Below the pieces are notes generated by a model, which saw only the letters and a list, made by a program, of their open reading frames with translations, did no database searches and had not been told where the DNA came from. A program made the translations under genes and the position numbers. DNA of 64,000 bases, from NCBI GenBank assembly GCA_963693365.1, contig CAVNZM010000005.1, positions 1,426,001-1,490,000 on the forward strand, in the 5' to 3' direction. The stretch comes from Amoebidium appalachense (Eukaryota > Protista > Ichthyosporea). The first letter of the stretch is position 1. Every line of letters begins with the position of its first letter. Positions 41,166-64,000 of this stretch are shown piece by piece.

Positions 41166-42145
41166 AAAAAAAGAAAACACACGCACACACACACCACCAC
41201 CACAAATCACACACAGTGACACCACACGGACGCACGCACGCACGGACGCACGCACGCACACCCACCCACACCCACACCCACAAAGTACACACACCGACTA
41301 AACCCCTCCGTTTCATTAAGAGATTCTTCAAACCACAGTGCCCCCCCGGGTGGGTGGGTGGGGGGGGGACGGAGCGGCAAAGGTCGAGTACTACGTGTCA
41401 ACGTGCTTGTGTCCGATAATATAATGCATGTGGAAAAAAGGAGGAATGGCCCCTCTGTCCTCCGTGCACGCACATACACGCACACACACATACACATACA
41501 CACGCACACACACACACATGCACACACACACACACACACACACCGACACCGACACCCACACCTCCACACCCCCTACACCCCCCCCCCCCCCCTACCTTTA
41601 TGCCATCGCCCATGTGGTACATGTTGAGAATCATCTGGTCAAACAGCGGCTCACGACTGACCAACTCCTCTGGCAACAGCGAGTTGTGTTGCGCACTGAT
41701 TCGCACACACTCTCATTAGGTTATACGATAACACGTTGGAGGTGGGATAACCAAACGATGCTCAACATTATAAAAAAATACCCTTGATATTGACATTTTA
41801 CTTTGAGAACGTGATAGTAATTTCTTTCAAAAAGGGAACAGAAAACGAATAGAGGACAGTACTGGGTAGGTGCACCGGGAGGGGGGAGTAGGAACTCTTG
41901 TACGTGGCAGAAAACAGCTCGAAATAAATCCAGCACTTTGTCGCAGCCATAATTTTTTTTTTCGATTAACAGAGATTTCAAGATTATTCTTTATGACAAC
42001 TAACACTCCTGAGTGTTTAGCCTGCACCACCGCATGACAGGTACACATAATGCAAACAAATCGGTGTATTACAAGGGTGTGTGTGTGTGCGTGTGCGTGT
42101 GCGTGTGTGTGTGTGTGCATGTCGTGTGTGTGTGTGTGTGTGTGT

Positions 42146-42219
<74 letters not shown>

Positions 42220-42658
42220 TGTGGGCGTGCGTGCGTGCGTGTGTGTGTGTGTGTATCCTTACTACCGGGGGGTATTGCACTATCCAGTTACTCACCATTG
42301 CTGGGTGTGGTGTGCCAAAGTCAAGGCCCATTCTGGAAAGTTGCCAAATATCATCGCCTGGTTGCGCCCAGCAGCAAAATAACCTAGCCCCTTGTTCCAC
42401 TCAGTTTCATGCTAGAGCCCTCCCTCCTCTCCCTCCTCCCACCTCCCCCCCCCCCCAAAATAAAAAAAAATAAAAAAAATTAGCATAGCCACATGACATT
42501 AGAAAACCCATGCACACACTCACACCCGACACCAACCCACGGTGGCTAGTGTATTATCCCCCCCCCCCCCCGTCCCCTCCCCCCACCCCCCCACACACAC
42601 ACCCCACCCCACCCCCCATCCCCTCCCCCTCTCCCCCTCTTCCCATTTACCCCCCCCT

Positions 42659-42689
<31 letters not shown>

Positions 42690-43143
42690 CCAAAAGAATA
42701 GAATCCGAGAAAACAAAGAAGGAAGAAAGAAGGCAAGCAAGAAAAGAAGAACCAGAAAAGACACCCCGCCCCCTCCCCCCTCCCCCCACCCCTTCCCCAC
42801 ACTAAAGCGTGATTTGCCCTGTACCAACATACCGTTTGACACCAACGCATCCAGGAGTTCTGCCTGGCTGTGTGGGGGCAGGAACCCCCTCACCACCACC
42901 AGACCATCCACCCCACAGCCGGTGTCCACCAAAACATCATCACTGTCTATGGCGTCTGTAGCGTGGGCACTTGATTAGGGTGGTGATACAAGGTGTGTGT
43001 GTGCACTCGTGTGCCTTGTAAGGGGAAAAGGGCTGTATGTGCGAATGTGTACGCACCAAGCCTGTGTACGTCATACACTGTGTGTGTGTGTGTATGTGTG
43101 TGTGTGTGTGCTACAGAGAGAGAGGGGGGAGAGGGGGGGGGGG

Positions 43144-43193
<50 letters not shown>

Positions 43194-43194
43194 A

Positions 43195-43234
<40 letters not shown>

Positions 43235-43503
43235 TGTGTGTGTGTGTGTGTGCTTTTAGAGGGGAAGGTGTTAAAAGGTTGTGGAGGGGAGCCTGGAAGG
43301 GTTGAGCTCATGGGGGATACATTGATGTGTGGCAGGTTGGGTGGGTGTGTCAGTGGGGAGGTGTTTGTGTGCCTATGTGTGTCAAGTGTAAGGTGTATGC
43401 ACAGGTGTATCCATATACACTCGTATAGATGTCAGTTTCTTTGGTGTGCTTTTGTGTGAACTTGGTGTGCACGCGTATGTGTGTGTGGGTGTTTGAGTGA
43501 GTA

Positions 43504-43535
<32 letters not shown>

Positions 43536-43924
43536 GGTGGGTGGGTGGGTGGGTGTGTTGGAGGGTAGGGGGGAAAGCAGGGAGGGAACACAGAAATTCG
43601 AATGTGGGGGGGGGGGGGGAGGGGGATTGGAAGGAGAAGGGGGGAGGGGGGAGGGGAGGAAGAGAGGGACAGAGGGGGGGAGGGGGAGAAGAGAGAGAGG
43701 GGGGGGGGGAGGAGACTGTGGCAGTGGGTATAGTGGATTCCTCGTTGTCAAAAGACTTATCAATGAATTTTGTTGTGCTTGGCGGTGGTTTATTGTAACA
43801 AAAAAACTGCCATAACCCCAATACTGCCCCAACCTTAGTTCCTAAAAAGGAAAAGGCCACCCTCACCTTCCTCACACGCACTCTCCTCGCTGTCTGGCCC
43901 AAACAGGTCCTCATCCTCTTCCAT
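40157..43924 (-). CDS. AlkB-family 2-oxoglutarate/Fe(II) dioxygenase (225 aa, 6 exons)
   Basis: Exons 43924-43867, 42955-42833, 42383-42296, 41695-41596, 41026-40903, 40341-40157 total 678 nt in frame. Motifs [39 protein letters not shown] (HxD), [19 protein letters not shown] (distal His), RISVTLR (2OG binding). It resembles the stand-alone ALKBH8-like proteins of plants and fungi; the exact subfamily is uncertain. Confidence 0.88.
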
Positions 43925-45157
43925 CTCTGTGCCGCACTTAAACAAATAGTCGGTTACCTCTCAAAACTTACACTGCCATATGCTGCTAATGCGTTGGTCA
44001 ATGAAAGATCTAGAACTGATCCAAAAGGCACTTGTAGGTATGTAGATTTCGGACGTTCCTTTACTCGGTTCCTTTTGGATCTGATCACAGCCGGGGGTTG
44101 AGCTCCATGGAGCTGAGATCTTGTGAAATAAGCTGAAGTTCCTCCTTGCCGTTGCTTCATACCAGTGGCCCTGTCGTCTCTTTCACTAATAAAGTATGTA
44201 GTCACTCTCATAACATCCAGATCAAACATCGTATCCTCCCTCCCTCCCTCGATCGACTGAGCTCGCCAACGGTTGTATGATGACAGACTCTGAGCCTCTG
44301 CCACGGCCATCTAGAGTCTCTAGATGGCCGTGGCCTCTGCCCGTCTCTGTCTGTGTGGCTCACGGTAAGAGGAGTGTAACGTCATTTTCTCTCACCAAGT
44401 GACGTCACTTTCTGCCAAGTCAGCCAAGCACATGAGCCTCGCAATGTAGTCTTTAGTGTTTACTCCATACGTTGTTTGTAGATTATTGACTTAAATGTCT
44501 TAAGCGACTGGCACCTTAAAATGACGTCAATAGCGACAGACTCATCGTAGCCACATGTGACGCGCCGCTTTTGACAAAGCACGGGACATGCACTGGCAGC
44601 ACGGGCACACAGGAAAGAAAAGGGTACAAACTGAAAACGTGAGTAGAAAAACTTTTTTGCTGAGGCATAACAGGTTGGGAGTTAGTTTGTATGATATGTG
44701 GCTGGCGTCTCAATCACTATCGGATGTATTTTTGAGATGCTTCGTTGATTTCGGAAGGGCGGTAGTTGGTGCAAGGTTTTCCCCATGTTTTGCAAGGTGT
44801 CAGCAAGAGCAGTTTGGGTTGAACTTGTTGGGAGAGGGAGACGGTTTTTCAAGCTCGCTTTTACGGCTTAACATTAATAGCTGGAAGTGAAGGAAGGAAG
44901 GAAGGAGGGAGGAGTGTTTGAGCGATTTCTGAGGTTTACCACTTGCTAGAAAGGAGGAACGACGGATATTAAGGTCTTTCTGCGCGTTGTAGTTGTAGGT
45001 TTTGCCTCTCTTGCCATCCAGATAGACACACGTACTCATGGACACACACTCACTCACTCACACACTCACACACTCACGAGAGTAACACTTACACTATCAC
45101 TATCACACACACACACATACCCACATATTAATAGTGGGCTTTTTTTTTGCAGAAAAA
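43925..45157. promoter_or_regulatory. Probable divergent promoter region between the AlkB gene and PHB2, containing a perfect 35-bp palindrome (44300-44334)
   Basis: Head-to-head start codons 1.2 kb apart in largely repeat-free sequence. An acceptor-like ttttttttgcag just before the PHB2 ATG suggests a 5'-UTR intron. Promoter function is inferred from layout only. Confidence 0.5.
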
Positions 45158-47106
45158 ATGGCTGCGCAGGTGAACACCAAGGCCATTGCCACTGGCATCA
45201 AGCTGCTTGCTGGCGCTAGTGCGCTTGCTTACGGCGCCAGCCAGAGCATCTACACTGGTGGGTGGTAGTGGAGAAACAGAAGTTTCTCTAACCAAAACTT
45301 TCATCACCTTTTCCGCTTTTGCTGCCCTGTCAGTGTGCAGTTTTGGTTAAGCTAATGTACATTTGCTGTGTGCCATTGTGTAGAAGTCGTAGTGTCCTGA
45401 ATGTCCGGTCGGGGTGTATGAGTGTGTGTGTGTGTGTGGGGGGGGGGGGGTTGGAAGGTGGGGGGCTAGGGTGATGGTGGGGAGGGGGAAGGGAGGGGGG
45501 GGGGGGGGGGGCAGGGCTCAGACAGGAGCAGTCCTAGTAGCGTAGAAAGATGCATTCTTGCCATACACACAAGGTTATCAGAGCCAGAAGAAGAAGACAG
45601 CAAATGGGAAAGGGAACATAAGCAGGACACCACACGTATGCTATTTCTAATTCGTCGGTGCAGTGGACGGTGGTCACCGCGCTGTGATCTTCAGCAGAAT
45701 AGGGGGTGTGCAGGACAAGGTGTTTGCCGAAGGCATGCACTTCCGCCTCCCCTGGTTCCAGTACCCCATCATCTACGATGTGCGCTCTCAGCCCCGCCGC
45801 ATCTCCTCTCCCACCGGCAGCAAGGGTACCGCCTCTATCCCTGCTCTTACTCGTCGTTTGTACACAGTTCCTTTTTTCTGGCTCGAGGACATCGTAACTG
45901 CACATTATATGTGCGCCTGTTCGAGCTTTCCTTTTCCTTTGAGCCTTCGGGGTGTGGGTTACGTGCATCTACCGCTCCGCAAGTCACATTGATATATCCC
46001 CCCCCCCCCCCACCACCATCACCACGACCACCACACACACACACACACACACACACCTCCGGGATTCTCGTTTCCACTCAACATCTTTCGTCTCTCACGT
46101 TTCCCCCCTTCCCCCCTTCCCCCCTCCCCCCTCCTCCCCATTTTTGTGACGTTTTGTAGTCTTGTCCTTTTGGGGTCTCTCCATATGTCCAACCCCCTTA
46201 CGCATACATCCCCCCCCCCCCCCCCCCCCTTTCCCCCAAAGTAAAAAAAAACTTCTCAGGCCCCCGCTCGCTCCTGTCCCAAGACCGCTCGCTCCTGTCC
46301 CAAGACCCCCTGCATCTCAGACTTCACGTTCGTTCCATCACTACCATTTCGCCTGTTGCACTCCCCGTCTGCCACCCTGCACCTGTGCATCTGGGGCCCT
46401 TATTCATGCAACATAAAGCACACGACCACCAGCACCCCCACCACCCTTTCCTCACACTACCGCCCTCCCTTCAGACTTGCAGACCGTCAATATCAGTCTG
46501 CGTGTTCTGTTCCGGCCCCGGGAGGCCGAGCTGCCCAGCATCACGCGTGAGCTTGGGCCGGACTACGACGAGAGGGTGCTGCCGTCTATCTGCAACGAGG
46601 TGCTCAAGAGCGTCGTGGCCCAGTTCAACGCCTCCCAGCTCATCACACAGCGTGAGAGTGTATGCTGCCCCCCCCCCCCCCCCTGCATGGCCAGCTTTGA
46701 TCTGAAGATGGGCTCTGCTTGTGTCGGCATGCTGCATGTTTAGTTCGTTTTTACCTATCCGCATGCATAATGCCAACTAATGTACAGTTGCACCTTGTAC
46801 TGTGTATGTACTGCACTTCATCCCTCCCCCCTCTCCCTGCCCCACGCTGAAAACAAGTGACTTCCGCACACCTTTACTTGGGCAGTTTTCTCTTTCTCCT
46901 CTACCTGTCTACTGGTGGTGTCGCATGACTTCTTCCCCCCCCCCCCCCCCCCCCCCCCCCCCACTTCATACCTCCTGGGGTGTTTGTCAAGCATTTGAGT
47001 CCTACCTCTAAGGTTGTTGGTGCAGATATGCACCAGGGCCACCCCGCCCACACCAATACAGCTGTTCAGTCTGACTGACACACATGTACACACACACACA
47101 CACACA

Positions 47107-47140
<34 letters not shown>

Positions 47141-48946
47141 TGTGTGTGTGTGTGTGTGTCGACCTCTCTCCTCCACCGCCCACCCCATACACACACACAT
47201 CCATACACACACTCTCTCAAAGCTTCATTCTTTCGCTCTCTCTCTCCTCATCCCGCCCTGTATGTCTTCTGACTTGTGATGCTGCAGGTGAGCCGTCTTA
47301 TCCGCCAGCAGCTGACTGCCCGTGCCCAGGACTTCCACCTTATCCTGGACGATGTGTCCATCGTACGTGTCTGGCCATTTAGGGGGGGGGGGGGAGCCTT
47401 TGGGTCTTTGTTGGTGGGGAGGGTGGGAATGAGTGAGCAATTGATGGCCTTGTTGGTGTGCTGGGTGTGGGTTCATGGATTCATCGCTGTACATGATTGT
47501 TTGTTTGGCTCTGTTCTCAAGGTGCACAGCCAACACCCTTTTCTATTCTATTACAATGCACACTCTCCCTCTTTGACCCATGTTTTTACCTGGCATTGTT
47601 CTGATCTTGACTGCTGTGTTGCCTTTGGGTTTCTTCTTGGTAGACATCTGTTGACGTGTTCGTATCACACAGACGGACCTGAGCTTCGGTTCCGAGTACA
47701 CTGCCGCTGTGGAGGCCAAGCAAGTTGGTGAGTACACACACAGACAGACACATGCACTCACTCACTCACTCACTCACCCACCCACCCACTCACTCACTCA
47801 CAAGCACAAACACAAGCACACAAGTGCCCATCCTGGCACATACATACATACACAAGCACTCAAACTGGCACACAAACACACCTCACACGCACTGGGACAC
47901 ACACTCACAGACACACAGGCATGCGAGTGTTTGCATGTTTGCATACTTGCACATTTAGTTGGTGACGTTTTCCTTTAATCCACCTCCCCCTCTTGCGTCC
48001 CTTTCTCCTTTTTCTTTAATTCTCTTCTTTTGTTGTGTCCCTTTTTTTTGTGTGTGTTTCTGCTATACTCTCTGTAGCATCCTGGAGCAACCCCCCCCCC
48101 CCCCCCCCCCCCCTTCTCTGGATGATTTAGCCCCCCTGAAGATGGGCTTTCCTTTTCATGCACACCCTTTGTGTGGTTTGCACTCTGCATCGTGTTGTCC
48201 GTTGTTGATGTGTACTTCGTACCGGATGACACATTCAACCTCCCCCCCTTTCCTCCCTCCCTCTAAGGCTCTCTATGCTGACGATATCACACAGCCCAGC
48301 AGGAGGCCCAGCGTGCGCAGTTCACTGTGGAGAATGCCAAGCAGGAGAGGGCTCAGGCCATCGTCAAGGCTGAGGGTGTGGCCAAGTCTGCTGAGCTGAT
48401 CGGTAAGGAAAGCACTTGCACATACACATTCACATGTGTGCCTGTCCAGTCTGTGGTGCACTGCACCTGCATTCTTAGTGGGGCATTGCCTGGCGTCAGG
48501 TTGCGTCCCGTATTGCACTGTGGTGCTGCAGGCACTGTGGCTGTCCATGACATCTGAGGTTGGCATTAACACCATTGTGTGTGCCGGGTTACTGTCTTTG
48601 CATTCAATGGGTTCACATGCTCTGGTAGGTGTGCTTGTGTGGCATATACCTGTGCATGGGTGCCACGTACCTGTGCATGTATGTTGCACTGACACGTGCG
48701 CAGGCAAGCAGGTGCGTGAGAACCCCGGTTTCCTGCAGCTGCGCAAGATCGAGGCAGCCGTCAAGGTTGCGCACGTGCTGTCCAACAGCAACAACAGGGT
48801 CTTCCTGGACTCTAACGCCCTGCTGCTCAACGTCAATGACATCCAGCTGAGGTGCGTCCATGCACACATATGCATGTTACACTCGGGGGATCACTCGATC
48901 TTTTTCCGTGGAGTTTGTGATGTGTTTGCTTTCCGTAGCCATTTAG

Positions 48947-48977
<31 letters not shown>

Positions 48978-49090
48978 TCCTATGTAAATAGATACTTAAT
49001 GGCGAGATAGTGTGACCTGCACATGTGTACGCGAGTATTGTGCACCTGCAACTGTATGTGCATGCACACGCTTAGTCCAACCAAACAAAG

Positions 49091-49128
<38 letters not shown>

Positions 49129-49207
49129 ACCATTCCCCCTCTCCCGCAGTGACGAGCAGAACCAGTCTCTGACGCACGCTGCCACTACCGCCGCTGCCAC
49201 GGCCTAA
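45158..49207 (+). CDS. PHB2: Prohibitin-2 (296 aa, 8 exons)
   Basis: Exons 45158-45257, 45664-45825, 46475-46659, 47288-47362, 47673-47727, 48295-48402, 48704-48851, 49150-49207 total 891 nt. Motifs [99 protein letters not shown] are PHB2-type rather than PHB1-type. Confidence 0.93.
48131..48240 (+). repeat. Diverged copy of the short poly(C)-associated intronic repeat family
   Basis: cccccctgaagatgggct...ggtttgcactctgcatcgtgttgtccgtt...tgtgtacttcgtac...acattcaa matches the reverse complement of 55898-56016. Related pieces occur at ~40-137 and ~46702-46725. Confidence 0.8.
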
Positions 49208-50326
49208 ACTCTCAGCCTGCAAATTACTCTCCCCATCCTTTTAACGAATGTGACTCCCTGTATGCAAGCACGGCCCAAGCAAAAGTAGTTGGGTGTGTTG
49301 ATGCCGAAAGACATTTTGTGTAAAATGTTGTGGGACAAAATACAAGCACCTTGCAGACTCACGGTAGGTTGGGATATGGACATTCGTTCCTGATGAATAT
49401 ATTTGATGGACATCGTGTTTTTTCGATTTGGTTTTTTCTTTTTTTGCACGTGTATGGTTTTTGCATGTAGCTGCCATTTTTTGATCAGGGTTGGGGGTGC
49501 ATGTATGGTACTGATAGGGGGTGTGGTGGATAAAAGATGTATTTTTGGGTGGTTTCGTGACCACCAGGATATGTATTCAGAGTATGGGTGTGTGGGGGGT
49601 GGGGCCTGGGGCCCAACCACTACCCCAGGTGTTGCATAAACAGGCAGTCCTGATCAACCCAACTCATTCGTTCATGTATGCAAGCATTCATTGTGATCAT
49701 TGTTCCTCCCCCCCTCCCCCCCACCCCCGCCCCCACCCTCCCGCCGACTTTTTCTAGAACGTCGTGCTCTTTCCGAAACATGCAAGGTTGGAAGAGTGTG
49801 CATGCCCGAGATGCCGTGTGCACTTTTGATCACCCACGTGCACGCACGTGCATGTGTAAGTCTAAGTGTGCATGCATGTGGTACGTGTGTGCTGTGCGCC
49901 ATGTTCGTGTACATAGATCTGCGCACAGATCTAATCAGGAACTTTACACCCGCGTGGAACATAACAACACCACTTTACGTAGTACCATGTAAAAATCCAA
50001 AATTTCATTAGCATGTCGACAGTAGTAACGGCGGCAGGTGCACGCCATTCACATTCACGACGTGTATGTTTGTCAATGTTTTGGACGTTTACGACGTATA
50101 CATAATTGGTTCATTTCAAGGGGCCCAGCCATGCACGTCACTAGATCATGATCATGATACTGCAGGCCTAGGGGGAGGCGCTACATACACGTACGCGTTA
50201 GATCTACGCAGTGCATACAACTGCTATAGAACTCCCAATTGCACACGCATGAAATCCAATATTACATGGCATAGTGCAGATGGGGGGCGACTTTAGTGTC
50301 TCTCTGTGTGTGAATCAGATATATAT

Positions 50327-50692
50327 TTACTGTACACGTGCTATACAGTGGAGATCTAATAAGTATAAGGTGGCATCGTTTGCATGCCCAAACAACACAC
50401 ACACACACCAGTTTAAACGGTCATGTATCGCCAAATGTAGTTTGATAGACCACATAATACCGCAACACACACACGTCACATTCACAACAGACACCCAGAA
50501 AGAGAGCCTACCTAAAAATTACAACACGATCCTTGATTTTATACTAAACACGCGAAACTACGGCCTGTTTATTAGATGTATTGATTGACTTGAGAAACAC
50601 ATCATTACAAAATTCTAGCACACACACACACAAACACACACACACACACACACACACAACCAGCTGATACCGAGTGTCCCAGGGGAGCCCGG

Positions 50693-50734
<42 letters not shown>

Positions 50735-50922
50735 CGGAACCCCAACTAATTGATTTTTCTTAGTCTTTATGGTGTCTCGTAGAGAAAGTAAACCCTGATA
50801 TATAATCATCACCCGACAGCTATGTACGTGATCATGATATACCGCTGATGGGATATTCCGAGCAAAAACCCCCCATACCTGAGACTGGTCTCTCTTTGCC
50901 TCGAGTAAACAGCGTAAACCCC
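50327..50922 (+). mobile_element. Second, more 5'-truncated copy of the same non-LTR retrotransposon
   Basis: Near-identical to 35651-36280 ([15 protein letters not shown]...), with a 3-nt indel and a premature stop. TSD agatatatat at 50317-50326 and 50923-50932. Same 3' terminus gcgtaaacccc. Confidence 0.9.
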
Positions 50923-51057
50923 AGATATATATCTACTTGCTCATATGCCTATATCGTGCCCGCCTGATAATATATGCTATGGTTGTAAACACCCAGAGGG
51001 AACATGTTAACAGGTGGTGGTGGTGGTGGTTGTGGTGGTGGTGGTGGTGGTGGTGGT

Positions 51058-51096
<39 letters not shown>

Positions 51097-51646
51097 AGGG
51101 GGGGGGGGAGTGGGGGAGACCAATGGTGTCACCGGCATGTACTGTATTTTGCTCGAACTCAAAATCATTCGCATAATTCATGTGGCTGCCCAAATAACAT
51201 TGTGTGTTTGCACATGTACACTACATCGGTCCCCACGGTTTCAATTGAAAAAACTTGGTCATAACACAAGCTAAACTGCCATATCCGGAAGAAATAAACG
51301 AAAAGCGCTCAAATCATCAAATCTACCACAACGTTAATCGAAAAGTAACACCATATTTCTGCATATTTACACCATACAGTCACCAAGAAAACACATTTGC
51401 ACCTGTTTTGCTGCTTGCTTTATATGCAGACAGTTGTAGCATGGCTGTGTGTGTGGCCGTGTGCGTGTGGGCATGTGTACGGATGGGATTGCAGGTATTA
51501 CGCATTTTTGTGAAATAAAATTGTGATCACATGCAAAAATAAACTTCAATAACGAGTACAAACGAGCATCTATACTAACCTATTCAAACCTTTCATTCCC
51601 TGGTGTACTATGGCAGTTAACTTGCTGCACTACGACAAGGCTAAAT

Positions 51647-62879
<11,233 letters not shown>

Positions 62880-63340
62880 CTGCAAGCGGTATGTCAGAGA
62901 TAAAAACATTGTGGGGCTAGCAGGTGGCATGGAAACAGCAGGGCAGGCCAAACCATCAAAAAAAACTTGATGCACAGAGTAAGGAAAAAAGAGTACAGGC
63001 CCAAATAGAAAGCAATCCCCCCCTCCCCCCTCTCTCTCTCTCTCCCCTCCCCCTCCCCCCCCCCCCCCCCCGCCGCCGCCCCCCCTTCCCCCCCGTCTCA
63101 CACATAAACAGACACACACAAATAAACCAATTTTTTCTCCCTCCCCGCCTCCCCCATCCCCTCCAAAAAAAAAAAAAAAAAAAAAAAAAACCAAGCGAAG
63201 GCGAATGAATGTAGAAAAGAAAGAAAAGAAAAGGCATGTGGTATGAACAAAGACAACCAAATGCAAGCACAAGAGCGTTGAGAGTGGAAAGAAAAGGCGA
63301 CGGGAGAGGGGGAGGGAGCGAACGGCGAGGGGGGGGGGAG

Positions 63341-63371
<31 letters not shown>

Positions 63372-63758
63372 CAAGAGAGAGGGGAAGGGAGTGGGGGGGG
63401 GGGGGAGGTAGGGGGGGGAGCGGGGGGGAGAAAGAAAGAGAAAGGGAGTGAGTGCGGGAGGGAGGGAGGGAGGGAGGGAGGGAAACGGACGACGGGGGGG
63501 AAGAAGGGAGGGAGCGACGGACGGACGTACGGACGGAGGGAGGCAGGGAGGGAGGGAGGGAGGGAAGGGGAGGGAGAGAGAGGGGGAGAGCGGAAGAGTG
63601 AGAGGGGGGAGGGGGAGAGGGAGAGGGAGAGGAAGAGGGGGAGAGAGAGATGGAGAGAGAGAGAAAGAGACAGAGTGAGAGAGAGGGAGGGAGAGAGGGA
63701 GAGAGAGAGTGTGTGTGTGTTTGTAAGAGCGAGAGGGAGGGAGAGAAGGGGGGGGGGG

Positions 63759-63934
63759 TTTGAATGCGTTAAAAAGTACGAAGTACACAAGAACAAACGG
63801 ATAACACGATGCAGAATGCAAGCCATACATAAAGAGTATGCATAATAAGCAGAGCCCATCCTCAGGGGGGGCCCACGTCATCCACAGTACCCGAGTTTCG
63901 ACCTATTCCCCTCGTTAACGAAACCCAACTCAGA
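63759..63934 (-). repeat. Short poly(C)-associated repeat, recent copy
   Basis: Near-identical to 62572-62748; bounded by G runs on the + strand. Confidence 0.9.
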
Positions 63935-64000
63935 AGGGGGGGGGGGGGGGGGGAGGGAGGGAGGGGGATCGAGATAAGAGAGAACAAGAGGTGAGAGGAT

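Noticed and set aside
43954-44310. 118-aa ORF upstream of the AlkB gene
   Set aside because: No recognisable motif, its ATG lies inside the palindrome, and the AlkB model is complete without it.

Overview
Intron-rich eukaryotic genomic DNA from an opisthokont (it carries a GGA gene); a unicellular holozoan is plausible but unproven. Introns are filled with poly(C)/poly(G) runs and CA/GT microsatellites, so most ORF-track entries are spurious. Splicing exons by hand gives five genes: (1) the 3' end of a GGA clathrin adaptor (+, 747-3435); (2) a 39-exon, ~3,900-aa secreted mosaic protein (+, 10012-38329) with Cys-rich repeats, EGF, a PA14 domain split by two in-frame exon cassettes, VWD, SdrD-B-like, mucin-like repeats and three DUF642-like domains; (3) an AlkB-family dioxygenase (-, 43924-40157); (4) prohibitin-2 (+, 45158-49207); (5) an aralar/citrin-like EF-hand mitochondrial carrier fused, within a single exon, to an N-terminal PKA-regulatory-type cyclic-nucleotide-binding domain (-, >=62879-51647). 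The fifth is the most striking: a candidate cyclic-nucleotide- and Ca2+-sensing SLC25 carrier. Also present: two copies of a non-LTR retroelement with 10-bp TSDs and no terminal poly(A), a related relic, another retroposon with a 14-bp TSD inside a rearranged tandem duplication, a ~120-190 bp repeat family abutting poly(C) in introns, and an orphan TCF25/Rqc1 exon fragment inside a carrier intron. All family assignments are by eye from remembered motifs; no searches were run.
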